Source: a virus
Direction: 5' to 3' (one strand)
IMG/VR virus record: IMGVR_UViG_3300046820_001062
Coordinates: 1-64,000 of that record
Length of the DNA: 64,000 nucleotides
The notes under the pieces are model-generated. The model was given only the letters and a program-made list of their open reading frames with translations, was not told the DNA's origin and searched no databases. The stretch's first letter is position 1, and every line of letters starts with the position of its first letter. Shown here piece by piece: positions 27,701 to 39,600 of the stretch. Position numbers and translations under genes: made by a program.

Positions 27701-30604
27701 CTTTGGATTAAGTTCTTTTGCTTCAGCTCTTAACTTTTTAATTTCAATTTCCAGTTCTTGTAAGCGTTCAAAGTCATGATCCTCAAGTAATACTTCATTA
27801 CCTTTACCTACTTGGAAAGTAATGGTTTCAACTTCAAGATACTTTTCTTGCAACTTATCTTTGATATCATGAGGCATTCCAAGTTGTAGTTCATAGAACT
27901 TTTCATTAAATGGTAAGTGTGCATTATCCAACATCCATTTAATGTAATTAGTATTCTCTGCTTCTCTTTCAGATTGTTTTGCTAAAAGAGCATCTTTATA
28001 TTGTTGAGCATCTGCAGATTTAATGTTTTCATTAAACTTAATCTTAGCTTCATAAATCTCTTTATTCAACTGTCTGATTCTTGCACTAAATGCTCTGTAG
28101 GTATTCTCATATTCTTCACCAAAAGGTTTTGTCATATAAAGAATATTCTTTTCTACAGGGTTGCCATCTTTATCAATGCTAGTTGTTTTTCTCCATTCAG
28201 ACACTCTTTCATTTAGTTGTTCAACAGACATTCTTTTTAAAAGTGAATCTCTTTTCTGATCAAACTTCAATACTGCAAGGTTATTTTGAATTTCCATTCT
28301 AGCTAATCCTTCAGCATTTTTAAGCATCATTGTAAATGCAGCAATCTCAACACTACTATTTGAAGCAGACGCAATAGCTTTATCTAACATTAAGTTTTGT
28401 AACCAGCTATTACTATTAAAAGCTGTATTAGAACCCAAGTAAAGATTTGAGGTTGAAGTGGTTACGCCAGAAATATATCTTTCCAATGCAGCATCATCAA
28501 AGTCCAATCCACCATCAATGATAGCTTCTACTGTAAGTATTTGTCTTTCAAGTTTTTCAATCTCCAACATTAAACCTGGAGTATTGTCATTACCATCTTT
28601 TTCTAATTTCTCAGCAAGTTTTTGTTTATATTCCTTGCTCATAAATGAAAGCATAGATGACTTGACTGATTGAAAAATGCCATTAGCTTTACCAGCTTTT
28701 AGATTTTCAAGTTGCTTTTTCAATGTAATTAACTTTGCTTGCAATGCTTCTTTTACATCTGCATTTACTTCAGCAAACACTTTACTTCCAGGAGTCTTTA
28801 GAACTTGGATTGAATTGTGCATTGCTACTTTTGCAAAGTTTGACTGGATTCTAGCTAATGATGATTCCATCTCAGAAAGACGTTTCATCACTTCACTATC
28901 TACTGTTATATTGTTTTCAGGATTACTTCTAGCATCATCTACAATTTCTTTAATAATGTCTACTACAACATCCAAAGACTTAGATTTTTTATATGCTTCT
29001 AGAATCTGTACGCCTTCTTTTGACGTATAAGATTCCTTGTTAATTTTAAAGTTTGCAATTGCTTCATCAGATAATCTTGATAGAGTTTCCAAATCAATAC
29101 CCACAGACTCAATGGCCAAAGCTAAGTTCACTGAAAATTTTACATCCTCTGCTGATTGTGGTCTAGACAGAATAGCATTAAAGTCATTTAATGTTTTACG
29201 TCTTGTAGCAAGTATCTCTCTTAACGCTGGATTACTCTGATTAACATCAAGCTCTTTAATTTGCTTATTAATTTGATCTAACTCAGCATCTGCAATTTGT
29301 TTTAGTCTACTTCTTAGAGTTTCATCATTTTTAGATGTTGGTTCAAACTCTAATAGTTTTGCTTCCTTTTTAGCTTTTTCTTCTTCTTCAGTATCTGATG
29401 TAGGTATTTCTTTATCAACCACATCTCTCAAACTTTTAATCAGATCAGCTCCTCTAGTTGGATCAGCTACCCAATGCCCATTGTTATTTGGAATGTCTGC
29501 TGAACCTGCATAGTTGTAATAATTATCTTCATCAAATACATGTACTGTAGCTCCAACAAATTTTTTGTTATCATCTGTCTGATACATAAGAGCAACAATA
29601 GACTGAGCATTTACTTCTAGTCCACTTTGCTGTAAAATGTTCTCATATACTTTTAGCTGTAATGTCCATGTATCATATGCAGTTCTACCCTGACCTCTAA
29701 AAGCAGGTGAAGTTCCTTCTTTGTTAGACACAGGAAAAGATTTTTCTGCAAGATCTACAAATGCTAAGTCTTCATTTATAACTGGTTGACCAATTGGATC
29801 ATACTCAACAAGACGCTTTACTTTTTTAGTTTTAAAGTCAAATACACTTACACGTCCTTGAGTATCTACAAGCATCAAATCCAAACGTCCAATAACAGTA
29901 GTTCCAGTTCTGGTAGTACCTGTTACAGTAATCTCTGGAAGAATCATGTAACCTCTGTCATTATGTATTGATACGTGCATTGCTAAACGCTTTGCCATAT
30001 CAAACATTGTTGATTCATCCAAGTTTTCAATAAAGAAAGGATTCTTCTTTGTATAATTATTGTAGGCTTCTTTAAAGAAGTCTTCATCCACAATTTCAAA
30101 TATAGACTTTCCTGTATCCAAAGACTTGAGTTGACCTAACTCAAGAACCTCATGCATAAATGTTCCAAATAATTTAAATGCTTCATACTCTTTAGGATCT
30201 ACATTAAAGTCAGAAGACCCAATAAAGTTAGATACACTTACTGTTTTTACAGTTGGTTGTCCATTTTTTGCTAACTGAATATTTCTTCTTAAGAATTCTT
30301 GATAGTTATCATTCATTGAGATAAGCTGATCAATAGTATCTTTCTGTTTAGGATTAGCTTGGAACTTAAGTTTTTCTAAAGAAGTTCTTTGTTGGATCGC
30401 ACGTTGTAGTTTAAACTCATCAGAAGATCTAGATACTTGTTCATCCTTTTCTTCAACTTTAAGTTTGCTTAATAGTGCTTCAGCCTCTTCAACAGAAGGA
30501 GTATTGTTTCCATTTAAAGTATAAGCAGTCATAGCCTGACCTTCACCTAGTTTTTCTACTAGTTCTTTCCACTCAGGACTATTTGGATTTGGACATGTGT
30601 TCAT
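24707..30604 (-). CDS. Giant virion cargo protein (1965 aa) with N-terminal PD-(D/E)xK nuclease domain
   Basis: GTFMHEVLE...PE...GRLDLMLVD...FDFKT...QLKVY; long coiled coils; C-terminal hydrophobic helix AIAMLILTILSMMA; follows the RNAP gene. Confidence 0.8.
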   Translation of the reverse strand: MNTCPNPNSPEWKELVEKLGEGQAMTAYTLNGNNTPSVEEAEALLSKLKVEEKDEQVSRSSDEFKLQRAIQQRTSLEKLKFQANPKQKDTIDQLISMNDNYQEFLRRNIQLAKNGQPTVKTVSVSNFIGSSDFNVDPKEYEAFKLFGTFMHEVLELGQLKSLDTGKSIFEIVDEDFFKEAYNNYTKKNPFFIENLDESTMFDMAKRLAMHVSIHNDRGYMILPEITVTGTTRTGTTVIGRLDLMLVDTQGRVSVFDFKTKKVKRLVEYDPIGQPVINEDLAFVDLAEKSFPVSNKEGTSPAFRGQGRTAYDTWTLQLKVYENILQQSGLEVNAQSIVALMYQTDDNKKFVGATVHVFDEDNYYNYAGSADIPNNNGHWVADPTRGADLIKSLRDVVDKEIPTSDTEEEEKAKKEAKLLEFEPTSKNDETLRSRLKQIADAELDQINKQIKELDVNQSNPALREILATRRKTLNDFNAILSRPQSAEDVKFSVNLALAIESVGIDLETLSRLSDEAIANFKINKESYTSKEGVQILEAYKKSKSLDVVVDIIKEIVDDARSNPENNITVDSEVMKRLSEMESSLARIQSNFAKVAMHNSIQVLKTPGSKVFAEVNADVKEALQAKLITLKKQLENLKAGKANGIFQSVKSSMLSFMSKEYKQKLAEKLEKDGNDNTPGLMLEIEKLERQILTVEAIIDGGLDFDDAALERYISGVTTSTSNLYLGSNTAFNSNSWLQNLMLDKAIASASNSSVEIAAFTMMLKNAEGLARMEIQNNLAVLKFDQKRDSLLKRMSVEQLNERVSEWRKTTSIDKDGNPVEKNILYMTKPFGEEYENTYRAFSARIRQLNKEIYEAKIKFNENIKSADAQQYKDALLAKQSEREAENTNYIKWMLDNAHLPFNEKFYELQLGMPHDIKDKLQEKYLEVETITFQVGKGNEVLLEDHDFERLQELEIEIKKLRAEAKELNPKYADMIDEFNSLFEFDTNQAFFERMQFNAKSRYESEHPELWEKWKKDNTVTKPTSEWYEELSALYEARAAIFGSDPEIADLMQKRRDILSPYKIGGRIKPQYLSQSEIDTLSEIDAEIESIIEQNSKSGGKLTAEEKKASREITDAIKRISSLQLSESYNDAFESKVKSLYAHQRSIIEAENKLAVARTSGDKKAIEDAEEELIFEETQFGLQEAEFEKWYNMHHDNKYQSILSGYDIRNNRVPKNYNFEKLPAATVKDKYMETVPHPKYKIKRLKESSKNPNFLKSPDGVPMPKAISKNKDGHYIVTPGYENSPNINPKYKELMKDQELFSFYNDTMKMFFDLQMKTEGRKIGYQVPGFAASTVENISSKGMVNSIEAEWQKFIDKSVKVYGSQDAVENVFGDLGSKIRHRFTDQLPENLQSRDAIGSIIKYSTEAHYNIAMQNVAPQADMYIEHLEFMAEQLQKNIQQDKPMFIKDEATGKDVKIDMSKRLSELKNVISILQFERRKFLYGQTESGSDLNRKLTKRMNAVFAYTSFIRIGFDVANQAKNYISGNVQAFIAAGGLASDKYTQADYMWAKSKVYGYNGFLHNYFADWGKVSDVSDSTMLYRFFNPAQKDFLKYVSEITGTKGRRLKGKALNVQELGYMLQDKGDTEIAVTVMYAVMNHHRFKVIDSYDSQGKPVYKKDANGEDVTVPVHEIYMKDSEGRMIRRNDVEYTQDDENRVRNIIYSEMRRAQGNYAKADQTKFEENMVGKMVFFFRKYLVPQLLNRFGYLRPNWEGSEAAMGYWSAVATAWKAYGPQEVGKHLLLGSKRMSKSNKNQMGSFLTRKVNQARRDAIAMLILTILSMMARNYVRKKDDDDEELSFLEGNAIRVLWGVKGETVSMFPVGGGSEEYIRNFTTVSSYTRELNALKKFGSHAISYGMAMTMNGGEEPDPDNDSQFYQDIWKEAFYGRKYGAYQKGDAKIGKDLMDLTGIKNFRDLVNPNYRIDQMKAKQ

Positions 30605-30605
30605 A

Positions 30606-33600
30606 TTATAAGCACTTAATTTTATCTATAATTTGTTCATTTGACATTGTTGCTCTTAGGTTAGCAATCATACCTTGCGCTGCAGCTTTGAATACTTCTG
30701 GAGACATTCTCTTGCTACTTTCTGAATATAAAGAATTAACAACCTCATCAGTTAAATTTAAGTTCTCCATATCAATTTGCAACTGAGATTTAGTTGCAGG
30801 TTCCTGAGTTTGTTTTTCTGTAGATTCTGGTAGTGTTCCTACTGCTTCTTCAGACTTTTTAATCTCTGGTGCAATATACTCTAATTTTTCCTTACCTGAA
30901 ACATAATCCATATACTTCTTAGTATTCTCTTTTGTAAAACCAATTGGACTTAATGTTCCAGCTGTAAGTTGTGATGGAATTAATGCATATCTAGCAGACA
31001 TACCTTTGCTGATATATTCACCTCTACCAACAATAGAATTGATAACTGTTTTACCAAAACTGTTATTACTTATTTCATCATCTACACCCTGTAATAAATA
31101 CTTACTTCTATCTATAGAAATGATCAGTGGAAAATTGTACAATTCATTAATTGGATCATATTTAATACCCAATTTCTTACCAATTGCTTCAACAGTCTTT
31201 TTAGTTACTTGTACAATATCTTTTGGTACATCCATATTAAATTCCAATACTTCTACTGGTTTTTTATTTATAGTATCTACCAGTTTTACACTTGTCACAT
31301 CTCCTTCAGTAAATTGTCCAGTGATTCTTGAAATTACTTCTCTGGCAACAGCTCTTCGTTCTCTTTCTTTAGTACCTTCTTCAAACTGAAGTGATGTCAT
31401 TATATTTGACATGTTGTTTAATGATAGTCGTTCTGCAATTTTAATCTTGGTATTACCAACTTCTTTACTTGCAGCTTGAGCCATTTGAATAAACAACTCA
31501 TCAAATAAATCATAAACTTCTTTCTCAGTAATTTCTTTACCTAAAAACTCTTGAATAGCACTGATCAATTTGTAGCGATCACCTTTGGTTTCCTCAAGTT
31601 TAGAAATAAAGGTCTCAATGTAACCAGACAAATCTAATTGCATTTCAGGATTCATGTACTGTAAAAAAGATCCTGATTTATATTGCATACCAGTTTTTGC
31701 AAGTTCATGATAGAATAACTTCTTCATAAACATGTTTTCTGTTCTCAATAAGAAGTCTGCATCGTCAGATACTTCATCAGCAAGTTTACCTGAAATCTTA
31801 GACTTGTTAATCATCTTAAGACTTCTTTCATTCAAATAACCACCAGACTTTAAGAATACTTTGTTATCAGATACATCTGGTCTTAGTAACTGTAAGAATT
31901 TATTTTGAGGATACTTCTTTTGCATGTCCTCTAATTCTTTAGCTAACTCATTTGTAAACCAATATTCAGGAGTAAATGTATTAAGTAGATTCTGATCATC
32001 TTCCTTAATCAATGTATCCATTGTTGTACCAGTAATTCTACTTCCAGGCATTGACATTTGATACTTTCTCAAAGCCACAAAGCTTGTAATAATTTTTGCA
32101 ATGTTTGCTTGATCTGTAAATACAGTTTCAAATGACTTTTTAATTGGAGCAAAGAACTCTGTTCTTTCTAAGAATATTTTAGACGCTTGAGTATTTAAAT
32201 CTTCTATTGCCTCAAGTAATTGTGGCCATACTTGATTATTTTCAAAAATCTTATCACTTGACTCTTTTGTAAAAATACTTTCACCAGCTTCTAAGTTTCT
32301 TACATTAGTCAATAGCTTATCAAAATTAACAAAAGAAGGATTAAGCTTTTTAAATAAATCAATAATTGAACCTGCACGTTTGATATCAAATGTTTGTTGT
32401 GCTTGCTCTTTGTAAAGTTGTAACAAAATCATTTTTTGCTCAACTTCAGAAAGTTCTGTTCTGTTCAATACTTTTTCTGCAGCATTTTCCTCTGACTTAG
32501 ATTCTACAATAGCAGATACCTTATAACCAATATCAGTAGAAGATAATGTATTGTTAAGAATTGCTTTTGGATCTAGAGCTTTAGCATTAAAATCAATTAA
32601 GAGTTTATTCTTATTGATAATAATGTTATAAGGATTTGATCGTGGAGATATTAAACCTGCACTAATTAAGTTTGGAATAGCATCTTTATTTTCAGCAGCT
32701 AATAACTTTATCTGTTCTGCTACTTCATTATTTAAGAATTTGTATGCAGTAGCCATTGACTCACTGATAGCATATTTTGTAGACTGAACACTTTGCACTG
32801 CTTTTTTAATTTCAGGTATAAAGTTAAATCCAATAGCGAACTCAGGTGACATACCTACACCTATCATGGCAAGTGTAACACCAGCGTTTACTTCATTCAT
32901 TTGTAATGCTGCAGGAATAGGTTTCTTAGCACCATCCGCAAACATACCAAGAATGTTACCAATCAATGCTATAACACGTTGATCTTCAATGTTTAATGTA
33001 CCAAACTTATTAAAGTTTACTTGTTCTAAATTTGCATTTTTAAATGCCCAAACAACATTCTCAGGTTTTAATTCCAATCCATATTGAGATGCAAGAGCTA
33101 AGAACTTATTAATGTTTGCTGTAATACCAATACCATCTTTGTTCATAGCATTTCCTACTTTAGTAGAAACCACACCATCAGTTGTATACATATTGTACTT
33201 GGTAGAAAAATCTTTAATGTCAATACCAAATGCTTCTAAAATATCCTCAAAACGTTGAGTAGAAGATCTTTCATGAATGTACAAGAATTTATGTACAGCT
33301 TCGTTAGATACAATGTTTAACTTAGCTTGTAAGTTTTTGTTTTGGAATACAGGACGTACTGATAAAGCATAATTAGGATTTGCTTCAAATGCTTGAGCAC
33401 TTGTTGGTAATCCTAGTTTACTAAATGCTTGCAAAGTTGCAGCAACCTTAAGTCCTGCAAATGTAAAGCGTTTTGCTCTACTTACTTCTCTACCATATTT
33501 ATTTCTTTGATCACGTTTCTGTCCTAGTTCTTCATTATATTCACCTACCTCTTTACCTAAATCAATTCTATCTTGCAATGCTCTTCTGTCTGAAGGATTA

Positions 33601-36600
33601 ACTTCATTTCTTCTAATAGCATCAACAAATTCTTCTTTAGCTTCATCTCTTATCTCCATTAATTCCTCAATATCAATAACAAGATTGTCATAAGATTCTT
33701 TAAGTTCTGCAAAATTCATTGCACCATTGTAGTCAGACTCATCAAATCCTGAATGGTATAGAATACTTAAAGCTTCTTCAGTTATGTTGTAAGAATTATT
33801 TTCAAGCAATGCTTTTGTTTCTTTTTTAATTAAAGCTTTTAAGTCTGCATCCTTACTCATATACTGAACAAACTCAGCATACTTATTTAAGTTTGTGTTC
33901 TTTCCATCTTGATACTCACCATATAACTTAGGATTACCTGATAAGTCAAAGTAATGTGCAAATGTTTGACCATACAAAGCATCAACGTCAAAGTCAGAAC
34001 CTGCAAGTAAGTGTACAAAATGTGGTACAATTACACCATTAAGATTAGAACTATCAATAAAATCAACAACTTTGATTGCAATCATAGAACGCTTGTCCTC
34101 TGTAGGAATACGTACACCAAACATCTTAGTTAAGTTCTGCATGTAGAATCTCTCATGTGCAGCACTTTTAAACAAAGGTTTAGGCATAATTGCTTCTACA
34201 TAGTAAGTCTTAACTCCATTTACTTCTTCAACTGTTACACCAAGAGGTCTTGATTTTACATTAGGATAAGCTGAAGGATTCTTACGATATTGTTCTGTAG
34301 TAATAACATTTCCATTTTCATCTTCAAGTACATTATAACCAAAAGAAGAGATATGTATATTTTTGAAACCAGAACCTTTTTCATCTGTAACATGTTTTGA
34401 ATATTGTGAAAAGAAATAATACTCAAGCATGTTACGCACGCCAGGAAGATTTGCACTATGAACTGGCTTACCAGAAGCATCTACATCAAATAATTTTAAT
34501 GTTGCTGTAGGTGCACCTTGTTCTTCTAAACTTGTACGTATTAATGTAAATATTTTACCAACCTCAAAGTCACCATCTTTTCTCAAGATAGTTTTTAAGT
34601 TAGCTAAGTTAGATACACCAATTTCTTTTAATGTACTTTGATATTCTTCAAGAACACTTGCAATATTATCAATTGCTTTTTGCTCTGAAGCTGTAATACT
34701 TAAACCGCTTGCTTTAGCAATTTCTGCAAGATTAATTAAATCAGCAGCAATAAGGGCCTTGCTTTGTACAGAAAACTTAGCTTTATCCTTAACACCAGAA
34801 GTCTCTACTTGTAAAAACTTAAATTTATTATCTACTTGTAAAGAAGACATTGCAAGATTGATATAACTATCTGTGCCTGCAATTCTTTCTGCCTCTATCG
34901 CATAGTCAACAGGAAGCATTGTAGCATTTTTAGATGCAGTAGTATCCATAAGTTGATCAACTTGATGATACTCCATAGCATTTAAAATGTTATGTAATGT
35001 TTGACGATGAGGTAATGCTTTAAAGTATGTATGAATTTCTTCTACGTTCTTTGTAATTGCATTGTCAATATCTGTAAGTGCACCTAATTCACCAGCAAGA
35101 ACTAAATCTTGACGTTGTCCACGTAAAGAATAAATATCCATGTACAAACCATGAAGTGCATTATGAGCATCTTCTAAAGTTTGCCCAGCTTTTGGTGTAA
35201 GAATGCTTACATCATTTCTGTCAATATAGTTTTCAGATTGTTTATGATAACTATTTCTTGCTGCTGTAACAGTTTTCTTAGGGTTGTTTACAACCTTACC
35301 TGCTTCCATTACGCGTATTTCTGTTTCAGAAAGCTCACGGTAATGCTTAGCAATGAGAGAATGCAATATCTCAGGACTCAATCTACCCATAGATTCATGC
35401 ATATCAATTTGATGCATCAGCGATGAGATACTTTGTCCATCAAATATATCATACATTGATGTACCATAATCCTTAAGAATTTCTTCTCTTACAGATTCTG
35501 ACTCAATGCTTTCATCATTTATAACCTCCTGCTCAGAATAGTAGGGACCATATTGAGGATAGCTTTCATTTATGTAACCCTGTATGGTATTTAAGAACGC
35601 AACTTTGTGGTAACCTTCTTTCATTGTACTACCACCAGCTAATAACTTCTTATTACGCTTAAAGTAGTCAGTTGCATCCTTAACATTCATTGCAATATCA
35701 CCATCAATTATTTCATTGAAATGTAAAGCATTCATCCAGTTGTTAAAGAAAGCATCAGCAACTAATCCTCTCAAATCTGTTGCTGCTTCTAGTTTACCAC
35801 CAGCCTCATTATAATTCTCCTTTGTTTTCTGATAAAGGCCATCAATTGAAACTGCAGGCGCACTGTCAACTCTCAATACAGAAGGTATAAGAGTTGATGT
35901 ATAATAAGTAATAGGTTCTACTTCTGGACCACCAACACCTCTTGTGATTAATTCACCTTTGGCATTTCTTTGTTTTTGAGTAGTTTTTTGTAATATACCT
36001 AAATCAATAAGTTTGGTAGCATGCTTGTTTAATTGTTCTTTAGCATAATTTTCTAAAGTATCCAGTAATGCATCTTTTATTTCTTGATCAAGATCTTCAA
36101 ATGCAATACCCGCTTTTGCAAAATCTGCCAAACCAGTTTTAGTTTCATTAGATTCTAATTCTGGATTAGCACTGAAAAAATCTGCTATCTTATTAAACTT
36201 ATATGCTCTTAAAGATGAATCATCTGTAATAGCTTTAGATTTATCTTGACTATCTAACTTACCATTGTATTTATCAATTATTTTATTAGACTCTTTGTTG
36301 TCAAAGTTTTCTTTGTTCTCAGCACTTCTAGCCCACTCTTTAGCAATACGGTTGTATTCTTGTTTAACAACAGCTTCAAGAGTATCAACAATTTTAAGAC
36401 GTTTGTCAGCATTTAAAACTAATCCTTTAGAATTAGCAAATTGATTATATAATGCTGTTACCAAGAAGTTTGTTTGAGATGCTTCTAACTGAGAAAATGA
36501 ACGTACATAGGTTTGAATTTTTGTAGCTACATCTTTTACTTTTCCATTTTCATCTAACTCTTGTCTAAAACTAGACTCAGTTGTTCTCTGTAAGAACGTA

Positions 36601-39600
36601 AGAATGTTTGTAATGTATAAAGACTTCTCATCAATATTTTTAAAACTCTTTCCTTCTTTTTGTTTTTCACCAATAGTTTGAGACACACCTCCAAACAATG
36701 ATACTTTGAAGTTGTCCATAAACAATTTCATTTCTTTTGCCTTTTGGGTATCTAATCCTTTAAGTAAATCACCTAACATTGCATTATCTGCATAGAATGA
36801 TTCTAAGAAATCTGCATAAAAAGGATCTTCTTTTAAAGTTTCAAGTAAACCTTTTGTACGTATTGACTGAGCAATAATAGTTGCAGGTGTGTAACTTACA
36901 TATCTATAGATAGGTTTACCCTCTGCATTACGTACAGTACTTGGTAATTCATTAGGATCATATTTAACAATGTACTCTGCTGCTTTTTTAATAATGGAGT
37001 TAAAGCGATTAACTGTATCACTCTTGCTGTTCTTTTCATCTAGTAATACTGCAAAGTCATTTGAAGAGATTTTGTTTATACTTATCTTTTCAAAAATATT
37101 AATTACATCAGTAAAGAAATCCTTTTCCAAATACTTCTTCTCAGAAATAAATTTAGAGTGATTATTGTAATGTGTAAGTGGAGTACCTGTAATATTTAAA
37201 GTTGCTTTATTATCAACTTGATCAATTGCCATAATTGACATTCTAATCAAAGATTTAGGAAACTTCATGCCTACATCTTCAAAAGCTTTTTGTAACTCAA
37301 TAGTAATACTTTCTAGTTTTGCATTTTGAGATGTAACATCACTTAAAATAAAACTACTAGTTTTAATTGTACGTGATAACTGTAACAGTTTATCTACAGC
37401 AGCTAAGTACTCTGGATTGTTTTTATTTTCTTTGTACTTCTGAATAACAGAAGTAACTAAATTTCTTTTCTTATTATTAACATCCTGAGAATGTACTTTA
37501 TCAACAAGAGTAAAGTTTCTTGTATCAGTAAGAACTTCATCACCTTCTAAGAATGTTTGAGTTGTTTTAACATCAATCATGACATAATCAATCTCAGTCT
37601 TGTGTAAGACATCAACTATCATGTTGTATAATTGCTTGTTAGATTGAGGCACTCCTGACTCATCCATTTTTGTGTAGCGATTCAACTTATCATAGACAGC
37701 CATTAAATCACTACCAGCACTTGTATAGCCATCCTCAATTTGTTGTTGAGCAATAACTTTGATGTGCTCAATAATATTCTTAGGATCTATTTCAGCAGAT
37801 ATTTTAATAAGAGAACCAAATACTTGTTCACCAGCAATCATTCTAGGAACTTTAATTCCTAATGTTGGATGAACTTGGTCATATCTTACTACCGCTAAGA
37901 ACTTTCTAATCTGTCTTGGTAAAGACTCTAAAGCGTTGATCTCATTAAATGAAGCATCAAAATCAGAAGATTCTGGAACTTCTTGTTGGTCTTCAGCATC
38001 GTCATTTGCAATAGTATTTTCATTTGCACCTGACAATTCTTTTTCAATAACATCTTTATCAGAAGATTTTTCACTACCGTCAAGAATTGAATTAATTTTA
38101 TCAACTTGTTCTTTGACCTGCTTTTTAAGCATTTCATAAGATACTTGACCCAGGTGATTGTCTTGTAATTCTTCTTCACCATATACTTTAACAGAATTGT
38201 TTTTGTTAAATCTGTTATCATAAGATGGATTATCAGTTGTATTTAAATCATACAATGCTTCACCTTTTGCTCTAGCTCCCAACATAAATCTGTAGTTAGC
38301 ATACAAAGGGCCCATTGTTTTAATTACCTTTTCTTTTAATTCAGGATTAGACTTAAACAATTCTGCATTTGTCCTTAGCAAAACATCCATGTTATACTCA
38401 TAGTCCAATACAAGTTGAGCAATCCTATCAAACTTAGTAGAGAATGATTCTTTTTGCCCATCTTCTATTACATAACCCGCTAACATGTTTACAAGTTGAT
38501 CTTGGTCTGCTTTAGACAAGACACTTGTTTTTTGACCAACACCAGCTGGTGTGGATACAATTTGTTTAAGACCTGGAATCAACTCATAAGCAACCTGTCC
38601 ATCATATATACCAGAAGAGATTACTTCATTTCTGTATTGACCATTTTTAATTTTACCATAAACATTGTCAATGTAGTCTCCTTTAGATGTAAACATTGCC
38701 AATAGCTTTTTAAGCATAGCCATAAACTGACCAAGAATACCTTTTGGTTTAGTATTCTTTAACATATAGTTTTGGAATCCATCAGCTAGAATCTCTTCTG
38801 CTTGCAGGCGCGTCATTTCTTCTTTGTTATAAACATAGTTACGTTGACGTGCAAACTCTTTTAGAGCACCTTCAGTAAACTTATTAGCATGCTTTTTATT
38901 ACTTGTAACTGCATTAATAAGATTTTGTCTTTCCTCAGAATTCATTAAGAATCTGAATACACCATGAAAAGCTTCATGATAAATTACACCTTGTCCTTTT
39001 AGTGCATTATTCAAATAAATAACTTTATCTTTAAATGCACCTAGTACAGTTCCGTCTAATTTAGTAAGATCAATTACATCAGCTAAAGATTCATTATCAA
39101 TTAAGAATTGTGGTAATGCTTGTGCTAACCATTCAGAAGCAGCAAGTCTTTGTTCAGCTGTTTCAACAATAACATTTGCATCATCTGTTAAAGAGAACAC
39201 CTCAATGTCAGGAATATCTGTAGTGTCTTCTTCAATTGTATTTAAAGGTTCTTGTTTGTGAATCTTTTCACTCTCTACAATTGGAGCAATTACTTCTTGT
39301 GTTTTAGTAACCTGTGCAACAGCAGCTTTTGGAACTACTGTAAATTTCTTACTACTAGCTTGTAATATTTTAAAGTTTGCAAGATCTTCACGATACTCTT
39401 TACGCTGAGCAGGTTGAGCATATTCTATTCTAGGATATAATACACCAGACTCATCAGTATCAGCTACTAATAGCTCAGGTCTATAAACCCCATTAAATGT
39501 AAAATCTCTTTTTAATTGTTGTACAAACTCTGGGAACATTGTTGTTCTTTCAGCAAGTTTGTTTATAATATTATCAACTAAATATTCTGCAAACTCTTTT

